From Podarcis liolepis (lineage: Eukaryota): 64,000 nt of DNA. Position numbers and translations under genes: made by a program. The notes under the pieces are model-generated. The model saw only the letters and a list, made by a program, of their open reading frames with translations. It ran no database searches and had not been told where the DNA came from. Below are positions 28,122 to 38,334 of this stretch, piece by piece. The DNA is taken from assembly GCA_965112155.1 (NCBI GenBank), contig OZ218102.1, one strand, 5' to 3'. How positions within the stretch are numbered: position 1 is the stretch's first letter; the number at the start of each line of letters is the position of its first letter.

Positions 28122-28266
28122 CATTCGGGGATAAATAGTTCCAATGCTGAAGTGCTGAAACTGTACAATGTGACAGAGGCGGATGCTGGAGAATATATTT
28201 GTAAGGTCTCCAATTATATAGGGGAGGCCAACCAGTCTGCCTGGCTTACGGTTCTGCTAAAAAAAG
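28122..28266 (+). CDS. FGFR2: FGFR2 exon 8 (IIIb, epithelial isoform; mutually exclusive): [48 protein letters not shown]
   Basis: tctag|CATTCGGGG...AAAAAAG|gtaacg; 145 nt. Confidence 0.96.
28219..28228 (+). promoter_or_regulatory. Exonic splicing silencer in IIIb (UAGG-containing S10-like element, hnRNP A1 type)
   Basis: TAGGGGAGGC at the position of the mammalian UAGGGCAGGC silencer (recalled). Confidence 0.65.
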
Positions 28267-28279
28267 GTAACGACGTCTG

Positions 28280-28400
28280 TTAAAGAAAGCTGGATGTAGA
28301 AAGCTGGAAAAAATTGGTGCTTTGGGACTCTGCAGGCAGCTTGTAGGATAACTCCATGACCTTGGTGTATTTATAATCCTCTCTTGGAGATGCAACTGGT
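28280..28400 (+). promoter_or_regulatory. Downstream intronic silencer region (DISS/ICE-like) of exon IIIb
   Basis: aaagaaagctggatgtagaaagctgg...ttggtgctttggg...gcaggcagcttgtaggataactc closely resembles the mammalian intron 8 5' conserved block (from memory). Confidence 0.6.
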
Positions 28401-28413
28401 ATTACTCCAGTAG

Positions 28414-28434
28414 CCATGGAAAAATTCCCACAAA
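28414..28434 (+). promoter_or_regulatory. ISE-2/IAS2 splicing element (5' arm of the long-range RNA stem)
   Basis: CCATGGAAAAATTCCCACAAA, complementary to 30408-30429. Confidence 0.85.
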
Positions 28435-28707
28435 TACTGTTTTAGTTACCTCTTCTGAAACCTTTTGTCTTTTCTGTTTTTTCTCTGATGTATCATTTGT
28501 CTTCGTATATATTTCGCCCCATCAGAATCTGAAAGATTCTGATCTGACCACTCTGAGTCTTCCTTACTTTTGCACTGCTGCCTTCTATTTCTTTGTATTA
28601 TGTATTGATCACTGTTCTGGAAATCATAGCTACACATTGAGCTTGGATCAAGTGATAAGGTGCTGCACATACCAGATTACCTCCAAGGCCACCTGTCTCA
28701 GTCTGGT

Positions 28708-28779
28708 AAATAATAATAATAATAAATTTTTATTTATATCCTGCCCTCCCCAGCCAAGACCGGGCTCAGGGTGGCTAAG
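28708..28779 (-). mobile_element. Short LINE-type 3' tail remnant within intron 8
   Basis: (aat)n then tttatttatatcctgccctccccagcc...gggtggctaa, same layout as the L2 tail at 4377-4470. Confidence 0.55.
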
Positions 28780-29263
28780 TAGAAGACTGAACATGAATTC
28801 ATTGAGACCTATCCACTTGACGAGCCAGCATTTTATATCATTGTTTCCATCTTTACACAAGTGCTGCATAGCCATGTGGTGGGTCTCATTTGGACCTTTT
28901 TAATAGTGTGGTGTGCACTTCAGCTTTGCAAAAAAGCTTCATGCTCTTTTAAAAATGCAAATATGTTAAATCTTAATATTTGAATAGAACCAATTCTCTT
29001 CCATGGTCTTTCGGCATACATATAGAGGTCTTGATTCCTTTTGTTTACTTCAAGGCAGTGCAGCAATAGTTACCATCTTGTTAAGCAGCGATTGTTGAAT
29101 TTTACATTCCCGTATTTGTAAATCCTATTGTATGCCTTATCATTACACCTATTTCTCACCACACTGGGTGGCCCAATTTTTTTTTTCTAGATAAGGTGAA
29201 CTGTTCAGACCAACTTGTTTCCAGACTTTGGGTCATCATAATAGACCCAAACTTAAGCAAGTA

Positions 29264-29967
29264 CCGTATTTTTCACCCCATAGGACACACCGGCCCATAG
29301 GACGCACCAAGTTTTTTGGGGGTGAAATAAAGAAAAAAATTCATTTCCCCCCCAGGCGCTTGTGGGGCCGGCAGCGGGGAGAAGCGCTCTTCTCCCCACC
29401 ACCCGCCTTCAGACCAGGTCCGGGGATAGTGGGAAGACGCGCTGCACCTCCCCACTGTCCCCGGAGCTTGTGGGGTGGCAGCGGGGAGAAGCGCTCTTCT
29501 CCCCGCCGCCTGCCTTCAGACCAGGTCCGGGGATAGTGGGAAGACGCGCTGCACCTCCCCACTGTCCCTGGAGCTTGTGGGGTGGCAGCGGGGAGAAGCG
29601 CTCTTCTCCCCGCCGCCCGCCTTCAGACCAGGTCCGGGGACAGCGGGAAGACGCGCTGCGCCTCCCAGCTGTCCCCGGAGCTTGCGGGGCGGCAGCAGGG
29701 AGAAGCACGCGTCTCCCCGCCGTCAGCCTTCAGACCACATTGGGAGACAGCGGGATGGCGGCGTTCCACCTCCCCGCTGTCCCCCGACCTTGTGGAGCTG
29801 GCTCTGGGGCTCTCCTGAAGCCTGGGGAGCGAGAGGGGTTGGTGCGCACCGACCCCTCTCGCTTTCCAGGCTTCAGCGAAAGCCTGCATTCACCCCATAG
29901 GAGGCACACACATTTCCCCTTCATTTTTGGAGAGGAAAAAGTGCGTCCTATAGGGCGAAAAATACGG
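29264..29967. mobile_element. Non-autonomous DNA transposon (CCGT-terminal, Tc2/pogo-like) with internal 107-bp GC-rich tandem repeats
   Basis: 27-bp TIRs CCGTATTTTTCACCCCATAGGACACAC / revcomp CCGTATTTTTCGCCCTATAGGACGCAC (3 mismatches); TA on both flanks. Confidence 0.88.
29355..29800. repeat. About 4 tandem copies of a 107-bp GC-rich unit
   Basis: agacca anchor recurs at 29411, 29518, 29625 and 29732. Confidence 0.9.
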
Positions 29968-30407
29968 TAAGCACATCTAGAAAATCCATTATCCATACAT
30001 TTTATTTCTATAATCACTTGAAGCAGTAGTGGCCTGCTTACTTCTAGCACCAACTGTTTGTCTGGGCGTTCCTACCTGTGACAAACCTGCGTTCATGATG
30101 AATTCCTAAATGGCTCCATTATATTTAAATCTCAGGTTTGACTTAAGTTATTATTTGAGACGGTGACAGCCGGAGTTCTCCCTCAGCCCTTTGGTTACAA
30201 GGAACTCTTGGGGCTATATTTAATACAGGCTGTAATGAAAACACCTCTTTTTGAAGTCTTTTTGTCTCTTTATTTTCAGCCCTTCTCTGTATGTCTCTGA
30301 AATGTAATCTGAAGGACATTTTAAGTGACATTACAGAATGTCCTGTCCCCTGTTCTTCTGTCTGTTTCATCTTTCTTCGTGTTTATGTCATTTTCTCCTC
30401 CAAACAT

Positions 30408-30429
30408 TTTGTGGACAATTTTTTCCATG
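30408..30429 (+). promoter_or_regulatory. ISAR/IAS3 core (3' arm of the long-range RNA stem)
   Basis: TTTGTGGACAATTTTTTCCATG pairs with ISE-2 over 10 + 7 bp. Confidence 0.85.
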
Positions 30430-30438
30430 TTCTTTGAT

Positions 30439-30444
30439 TGCATG
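30439..30444 (+). promoter_or_regulatory. RBFOX site (UGCAUG) just 3' of ISAR
   Basis: TGCATG 9 nt after the ISAR core; a second copy lies inside exon IIIc at 30804-30809. Confidence 0.75.
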
Positions 30445-30450
30445 CCTTCT

Positions 30451-30560
30451 TAGGTGGTGAGAGTAGGTTTGGTGAAGGGTGTTGATGATTCATTCCTCTC
30501 TGAGGTGAGCTGGGATCTGTTGGTAATTGCCTTTTGGTTGAGGGCTTTGTGGATGGGATC
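30451..30560 (+). promoter_or_regulatory. ISE/ISS-3-like GU/UGG-rich element (ESRP1/2 type)
   Basis: TGGTG at 30455 and 30470, plus further TGG/GT-rich motifs between ISAR and the IIIc acceptor. Confidence 0.65.
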
Positions 30561-30681
30561 TCCCCCCACGGCTGTGCACCGGTCGTTTCTTGTGAAGTGC
30601 CAAGCTCCCCGTGGTTCCACTTCCCATCCACAAGAATTCCTAAAATGTCTAGCTCTTCTCTTGCTTCCCTTTTTTTTCTAG

Positions 30682-30936
<255 letters not shown>

Positions 30937-31989
30937 TAAAATGTTCTTCACCGCAGCAAAAGGCTGCACTTCAACTTAAAAAGATGAATTGTCATTTTTT
31001 TCAAACTTCATTTAAACACCTCCTCCCCCCAATTACCTTAATGTTCATTATAAATTTGGAAAAAAGAGGATTTCTTTGACACTTGATTATATAACCAAAA
31101 GTCAACAATCATAAACTTCTCCCTGAGAGAAACTCAAAAATCCTCTCCTGGGAAGTTTTTAAAGGGAAATTTCAAAGTCGCATTTTATGAAATACCACAA
31201 CCCAGTCAAATTGCCTGGGTTTACACGTGTATATATGAGAATTGGCTGTGCTGAAATGTGATTACAGAAGCGGTGTTTTTACATATCTTTGGAATCAACT
31301 TGGTGTATCTTTAAATGTTGCATGTTCTAAGCAAATGATGAGCTAATTTGCTTTTTCTGCAAAGCATGTATTGCCATGCTTGGATTGATGTTGTTTCTGT
31401 TTTTAGCAGAAACACACATTAATGCGCTTCATTGCCTGAAATTGGTTGTCTGTCGGAAAATATAGTTTTAGATGTCTGCACTAATTAAACTTTCTTGCTT
31501 TATAACTGTTCAATGCAGAGCAACTGCCGAATTACTTGCACAGTTAATAATTTGCTGGTCAATATATATATATATATTAAGTCTTAATGTTTTTAAAATA
31601 TAGGTTTGGTAACTGCATGTGTTCATTAAGTACTGTGCTGCTATATGAGTTGTTCTCAAGGTTTCTATGTTATTTCTTCTCTCTTTATGTAAGAGATAGC
31701 TTACATTACTACCATCTTTAACTATTAACCTTTGTGGCTTCCGAGGTGCATTCACCACTAAACAGGTAGTCAGTGCTTAAAGTTGCAGTTGCTTCTGCTT
31801 GCAGTGTTCTTTCCATATTTGCAAGCGCTTAAGCACCACTTCTTAATCAGTTTGAGTGAATGCTTGTATTAATACAAAATGAGACAGAAGAACATGTTGC
31901 AATGTGCATTGCTTGCATAATGACCAGATATTGCTGCAGAATGCTGATGGTGATGATTCAGAGTAATAAAGTAAAAGGATTAGGAACAG

Positions 31990-32044
<55 letters not shown>
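31990..32044. repeat. (AAT)n microsatellite
   Basis: Read directly. Confidence 0.95.
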
Positions 32045-32047
<3 letters not shown>

Positions 32048-33408
32048 TCTTGACAAGTGCTTTGTCACAATTCTTATTTGCTGTCAAACCCCACATAATA
32101 AACTAAAGTGTCATCATTGCAATGTAAAAAATGGGAATGCTTTCTTAATTAGTTAAATCATGACTGAAAAATAAATTCTGTGCAATTACTTAATGAAGAG
32201 AATAACTCTAAAACTAGCATTGCCATTTGATGCCATTCACAGAATAGGTGTTGTTAAGATCTGAGTGTGATCTTGCATCCGTAGACTTACCTATATATGT
32301 GAATATATACCAATATATGTAAATATTATTATTATTATTTTTAAAAATGCATTCTCTTTTTGGTTCTGCTACCAATGAGTAGAATCTCATACTGTCCTCC
32401 TGCTATGGGACAGCCCAGTTTGAAGAATTCTTGAAGAATTTTGAAGAAAGCTGGATGAGTTTCTTTTTGAAGGGGGCAGGGAATATGCTGATACCTAAAT
32501 CTGGTACTTGAGAACTGGTGTGGACCTAGTTAAGAGAAAGTGGTCATGGAGATCCACAGCAGTCTGCTGTTTTCAGAGTATCCAAAGATTAGTTTGGATA
32601 CTCAATTCCTATAGACTTTTACAGCCCAAATCCTGTGCCTATTAACTCAGAAGTAAATCCCACTATGTTCAATGGGCTTACTCCCAAGTAAGTGTGCATA
32701 GAGAGGTGCTGTTGATACAAATTCGCTGTCCAATACATTTCAACACTTTTTGTGAATCCTGATTTTCAGTAGAAGTATTTGGATACCTAAACCAGGCCAG
32801 TTCATGCCTGAGCTTTGTTATGCTTCGGCGTCCCATAAGCCTTGCTTTTCAGCTAGCTAATTCAGTGCTTGTTTGCCTTTCATTGTGTGTTCAGGTGGCC
32901 CACAGAGTTAAACACAATGCTCTTGAAAAATTATTTTACTAAACCTGTCATTTGCTTCAGGCCAGAGATTGGGAGATTGGGATAAATATTGATTCATCTG
33001 GAGTGAATTATGTGCCCACTTCCCTGTCTCAAGCAGCTTGGCTAAAAAGAAAAATAGAATGAGAAGAAAAGGTGATCACAGGCATAATTTAAGCATGTAG
33101 CCTTTCGTTGTAAAGTTAAATAAGATCAGCTATTCATACCAAAGTGATTTTGTCCAGAAGTTCCTCGCTAAGCTCGCTTAGCGGGGTAGCAGCCAGCTTA
33201 AGCCGACACTTTGAAAAATGGCTGTGTGGAGACTCTCAGTGTAGCTGTTTCCACGCTGTGGAAATCAGCAGCGTTCTTTTATCTTGTGTAGTTCGTTGCA
33301 AAAGCAAACCTGGTTCGGGACCACTTGGTTTGATGTGTACTGCCGATTTGTTTTCGCTATCTTGTAATTCTTCCTCATGACTCTTCCTCCTTCGTACTTG
33401 CACTCTAG

Positions 33409-33611
33409 GCCCTGTAGAAGACAAACCGTTTCCAACATCACCAGACTACCTGGAGATAGCCATTTACTGTGTAGGGGTCTTCCTGATTGTCTGCATGGTG
33501 GTGACAGTCATTCTGTGCCACATGAGATCCTCCACCAAGAAGCCGGACTTCAGTAGCCAGCCTGCCGTGCACAAGCTGACTAAGCGCATTCCTCTGCGCA
33601 GACAGGTAACA
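33409..33611 (+). CDS. FGFR2: FGFR2 exon 10 (stalk, transmembrane, juxtamembrane): (G)[65 protein letters not shown](VT); ends at 33605 (-VT, GT donor) or 33611 (+VT, GA donor)
   Basis: tctag|GCCCTGTA...AGACAG|GTAACA|gaaagt; 197 or 203 nt; hydrophobic TM segment. Confidence 0.96.
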
Positions 33612-36600
33612 GAAAGTAGATAAAGAGTTTAAAAAACCTATTATCCTTTAAACAAAACAAGCCAGCAGATCATTTCTCATAAAACACGTGGGACTGAAGT
33701 GGCACTTGATTGCTAAGAAGAGAGGCTGTAGCACTCCATTCTGCTTTGAATCCATAACTCCCTGTCTCAAGCTTGGTGTCTCAAAGAATCCTGTAGTAGT
33801 TGAGTGGAGACGCAAGGGCTCTCTGCTTAAGCTCAGAGGCACTCTGCTCTTCCACCAGGTCTGAAGCTAGGGAGCACAGCTGTTACAGTTAACGTTGGAT
33901 CAAGGTGATTTCAATTGTGTGGTTCCAGAACCTGTCCTGTGTTCCTGAATCTCGTACTGGGTTCTGACGTCAATAAACCACTAGGCCAAATAAAGCAGGG
34001 CTGCTGAAAATTATTTAATCTCAGAGCAGGAATTTTGATGCTGTAAAGTTGAGGAAGCGTGATTAAATTTCCAGTGGAAAATGAAAAAAGGCTTTTCGAG
34101 GATGTGGTAAATGTGAACACTTTTAAGAAACACAAGAGGTAAAATAGTATATGTTCAGGTGTGTCTTCCATTTGAGCTACTTATCGGATTAGCTGGTGCC
34201 ACAGGCAGTGGAATAAAGGGGGAGTCACATGTTTTGCTAAAGCATCTAAACACAGGAACGCATCACTGGGAGGGAGTTGTGCTTCCCCCCACTCCTCAAT
34301 GTTTTCTCCCTTCCTTCCCTTCAAGTATTCTTGTGCAGAGACATTTCACATGATATATTTTTATAATATATGTTTGTTTCTAGAAAGGAATCATATTTTT
34401 AAAAATAATGAGCAGGTCACTAGTGTTGTTATCCAGCAAGGTTGTAAATTTGGACATGTATATATATATATATCACTTCAACTGAGCTGAACATTTGGTT
34501 GTAAAATATATTCTATTGTTTCCTTTGTAAGAAGGCAGCTTTTCCAAAAGTATGTATATTCAACGCAAATAGGACTTTCAGGAGTTGAATGCTTTGTTTA
34601 TATTCAGTTAGTGGATATAGTGATTTCTGAACATGTTGAAGTTGGGGGGGGCAGGGGGAGCTCGAAATATTTCAGGAATTTTTGTGTGCAATGATTTAGG
34701 CCTGCAGAAGGAAGCAGTGTTAAGAAAGAAAAACTGAATATTTTTTGGAAAAATTGTATTTTTAAGGTTATTTCCCATCAATAAGAGTACCTGTTATTTC
34801 CTGTGTTTAATCAGATTTCAGTGGAATTGGATTGTGTACAATGATACAATTTTGCTGAGTATAATTAACGAGTGCACATTTGGAACTTGATTGAATCATA
34901 TGTCCTCTCCATGTGTCCTATTTCATGTCCTATTTCAATTTCACCTATATTAATGCTTCCCCGTCAAATGGGTTTTGTTGTTTCAGCTACTGCAAGTGGG
35001 AGGTATGTAGAAAAAGACCAACTTAACTGCAAGTGTTGTGAATTTGACCAATGAGGCTTTGTTGAAGCCTTATTTGGATTCTCTGCTCAGCCTCTTCCCC
35101 TTTCTCTAAGGCTTCAGGGACTGCACCACAGGATATAAAATGCCTGCTCCAATATTTTCTGGGAGCTATTGGAAAACTCAGGGTTTGGGTTTTGCTCATT
35201 CTGAAGATCTAACTTACTGCTATGTGTGAGCCAAAGAGAATTTACTATCAGACCGACTGGTCTTTTTCTACAGGTCTTTTTCAGCTGTCAGCTCCTCCAT
35301 ACTTGCAGCACACTGCTGCCTAGGTAGAATGGTTTGATCAGGGAAACAAAAACTAGACTGAATGGACCTGTTTCCTTCTATGACTGATTCCTCATCCCAG
35401 CTGAGAGAAAGAGATACGTATCGGTTATAGTTTAGATATACGTAAACGCTAAGGGTTGCATGCCATTGTAGTTTTGCACTAGTGGAAATTTCTGATCATG
35501 CAATGTGACATTCCTGTTTTGTGCTGATCTCTCCTACATATTACAGCTCTCTGTGCCATATGCCATGCTGTGGTTACTGCTAACTATAGTTTATTTAAGC
35601 AAGCCAGGATCGTTTACCAGTAACATTGGCTTGTTTCAATAAACTACAGTTAACACTAATCACAGTTCTCAACTGGAAGCGAACAACAAACTATGGTTAG
35701 GTGAAAATGGAAGCAGGTGCTTCTGTGTTCCTTGTGGCCAGAGAGGAGCAGAAAAGGGAATGCATGAACCTAAGGTTCCTGTACTTTATATGTGAACCAG
35801 GCCAATGTGTATCTGCCCCTGGAAAGTTGCCCAATTAATTTGCACCCACCAGGTGTCACTTGAAATCCCATGGCATAGGACAATTATTCTCTGACTTAAT
35901 TCTGCTTAAATTAAGAGTCTTAGAATTTAGACTCAAAGGCTTCCCAGTTGCCTCTATGTAGCTGGCAGTGTGGCCAAAGTCTTGCAGGGAGCCGACTTAA
36001 TCCACTTGTAGAATTAAAATGCTTTAAGCAATTCTACGAGAGACACTTATTTCATCTACTCTTATGGAGTACTAAACTTTGTATGTGGGTGTCATGTACA
36101 CGTGCATGCATTTGCACAAACAACGTATGCCAGGAAAATTTGAATGTTGTATTCTCTACTAAAGAGAGCTTTCAGTCTAAGCCCACTTAGAATAGGCTAT
36201 TTGTATCAGCTCTGGAATAAAAGGAGATTATTGGGCTGTGACTGGAATGAAAGCAGCAAGATGACCTGATCATGTGGTGATGACAGAGAAAATACCATTG
36301 GTATATAAACCATCTGTCAGTGGTCAGACCATGGATTGTCATAAACTCACCATTTTCCAAAGGGCAGTTATCCCAGTCTGTTGGTTTGTTAAATACTCTT
36401 TCATCAATTGTCTCTTCCTTCGCCAACAGCAGACTTCACTGCCATCATTTGTCATGCAGTTGCACAATGAAACTCCTCTATAAACCACCTTTAAAACATT
36501 GTATTCTGCACGCTTATGGTAAACTTGATGCACTGTTTTTCATGTTCTGGTTTTGTTAAGTAGCTGACATTTCAGTTTTCTTACCTTTTTACCCATGTAA

Positions 36601-37712
36601 AGGAAATACTCCCAAATCGAATACTTTTCTGGTATCAACTGGTAGTTTTAGAAATGCTTCTGTATGTTGTTCCAAGTTTATTCCATTCCATGTCTTCAGG
36701 TGCAGCCACTGCTAAGTTTTGGATTGTGAAAGTATCTGCTGTAAGCATTGCAAGGAAATGTGTTTCTATTTTCATAGTTCTCAATACATTTTTGCGCTGA
36801 AGTAATGCTCTCTGCCAACAGCAGCAGTTAGAGAAATCATGGTTTCCAGAGGCAAAGACTAATGTACTTAGATTTTCAGAAGTAACTGTTCAGTTTCTGT
36901 ACATTAAGGGTTAGGGTTTCATACATTTGCTGTAAATCTGAAGGAGTTAGAAAAACAGAGGGTGTTTTGTTTAACAGGCGTGTGTTCCTGGATTAGTTGA
37001 ATAGGCCTATTTTTTTTGTTGCAATGCACTGAGTCCCCACAAGCCCAGGTTGTATTTTTGAGACTTGTTTCTTTTCCTTTTAAAAAAACCTTTAAAAGAG
37101 TTGGCAGTAACCTATATATCAGTTCAGTCAAATAAAAAGTTGCAGAGGGTGTTCTTCCATACTTTTGTGCTCTGTAGCATTAGGAGTAAATAACCTGATT
37201 ACCGTTGAACAGGATTTACGGATCAGTTAGTTTAGATGACTTGGAAGTTGTGGAGAAGGTTGATGGCACTCTTACTTTTTAAAGCTGAGAAGCAGAGTCC
37301 CAAAGGAGATTATTGGTGTACACTTGGGGGCTTGCAAGAAGTGATGCCATAACACAGAGAGATCACCTTTCAGGTTTCTCAAAAGGATATAAGTCGCAGT
37401 CCTATGCCTACTTGCCAGGCAATACGTTCATGGGACGTAGCATTAGTTGTCAGTAAACATGTATAGGATTAAGCATCAAACTTTCCAAAATCACAGTTTG
37501 TGGTATGGGAATTTCTGGTATACTGAGTGTCATAAGGCACCCTCCATAAGGCTGAGGCTAACGGGAGTTGTAATCCAAAACAGCTTCAAGACACCAGGCT
37601 GGCAAAGGCAACCATGGGCTTTGTGGGCTTCACTGAAGTTGAAACGTCATATTAAAAGAAATCAGTCTTCCAACGGATTAGTAATATTTTTTTTTTTTTA
37701 CAGATTTGAGTA

Positions 37713-37954
37713 CAGTGGTACCTCGGGTTAAGTACTTAATTCGTTCTGGAGGTCCATTCGTAACCTGAAACTGTTCTTAAACTGAAGCACCACTTTAGCT
37801 AATGGGGCCTCCTGCTGCCACCGTGCCGCCGGAGCACGATTTCTGTTCTCATCCTGAAGCAAAGTTCTTAACCTGAGGTACTATTTCTGGGTTAGCGGAG
37901 TCTGTAACCTGAAGCGTATGTAACCTGAAGCATATGTAACCCGAGGTACCACTG
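37713..37954 (+). mobile_element. MITE family A, copy 4
   Basis: TIRs and TA TSD. Confidence 0.9.
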
Positions 37955-38048
37955 TAGTGATGTTGTCATTTTAACTTTATTAGAACAGTTATATAAATGT
38001 GCAGCTCTGCCTGAAAATGTATAATTGCAACATAACATCCTAAAACTA

Positions 38049-38273
38049 CAGTGGTACCTCGGGTTACATACACTTCAGGTTACAGACTTCGCTAACCCAG
38101 AAATAGTATCTTGGGTTAAGAACTTTGCTTCAGGATGAGAACAGAAATCGCACAGTGGCAGCGGGTGGCATCAAGAGGCCCCATTAGCTAACGTGGTGCT
38201 TCAGGTTAAGAACAGTTTCTGGTTAAGAACGGACCTCCGGAAGGAATTAAGTACTCAATCTGAGGTACCACTG
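38049..38273 (-). mobile_element. MITE family A, copy 5 (inverted relative to copies 1-4)
   Basis: Internal sequence is the reverse complement of copy 4; TIRs and TA TSD. Confidence 0.9.
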
Positions 38274-38279
38274 TATATA

Positions 38280-38284
<5 letters not shown>

Positions 38285-38323
<39 letters not shown>

Positions 38324-38334
38324 TGTGTGTGTGT
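38285..38334. repeat. (GT)n microsatellite
   Basis: Read directly; another (GT)n lies at 22181-22214. Confidence 0.95.

Noticed and set aside
29227-29251. 8-bp stem tttgggtc/gacccaaa just before the intron 8 insertion
   Set aside because: Short enough to arise by chance.
29228-30053. Cluster of overlapping ORFs up to 202 aa on both strands
   Set aside because: By-product of the GC-rich, stop-poor 107-bp tandem repeat; the translations are repetitive and show no transposase motifs.
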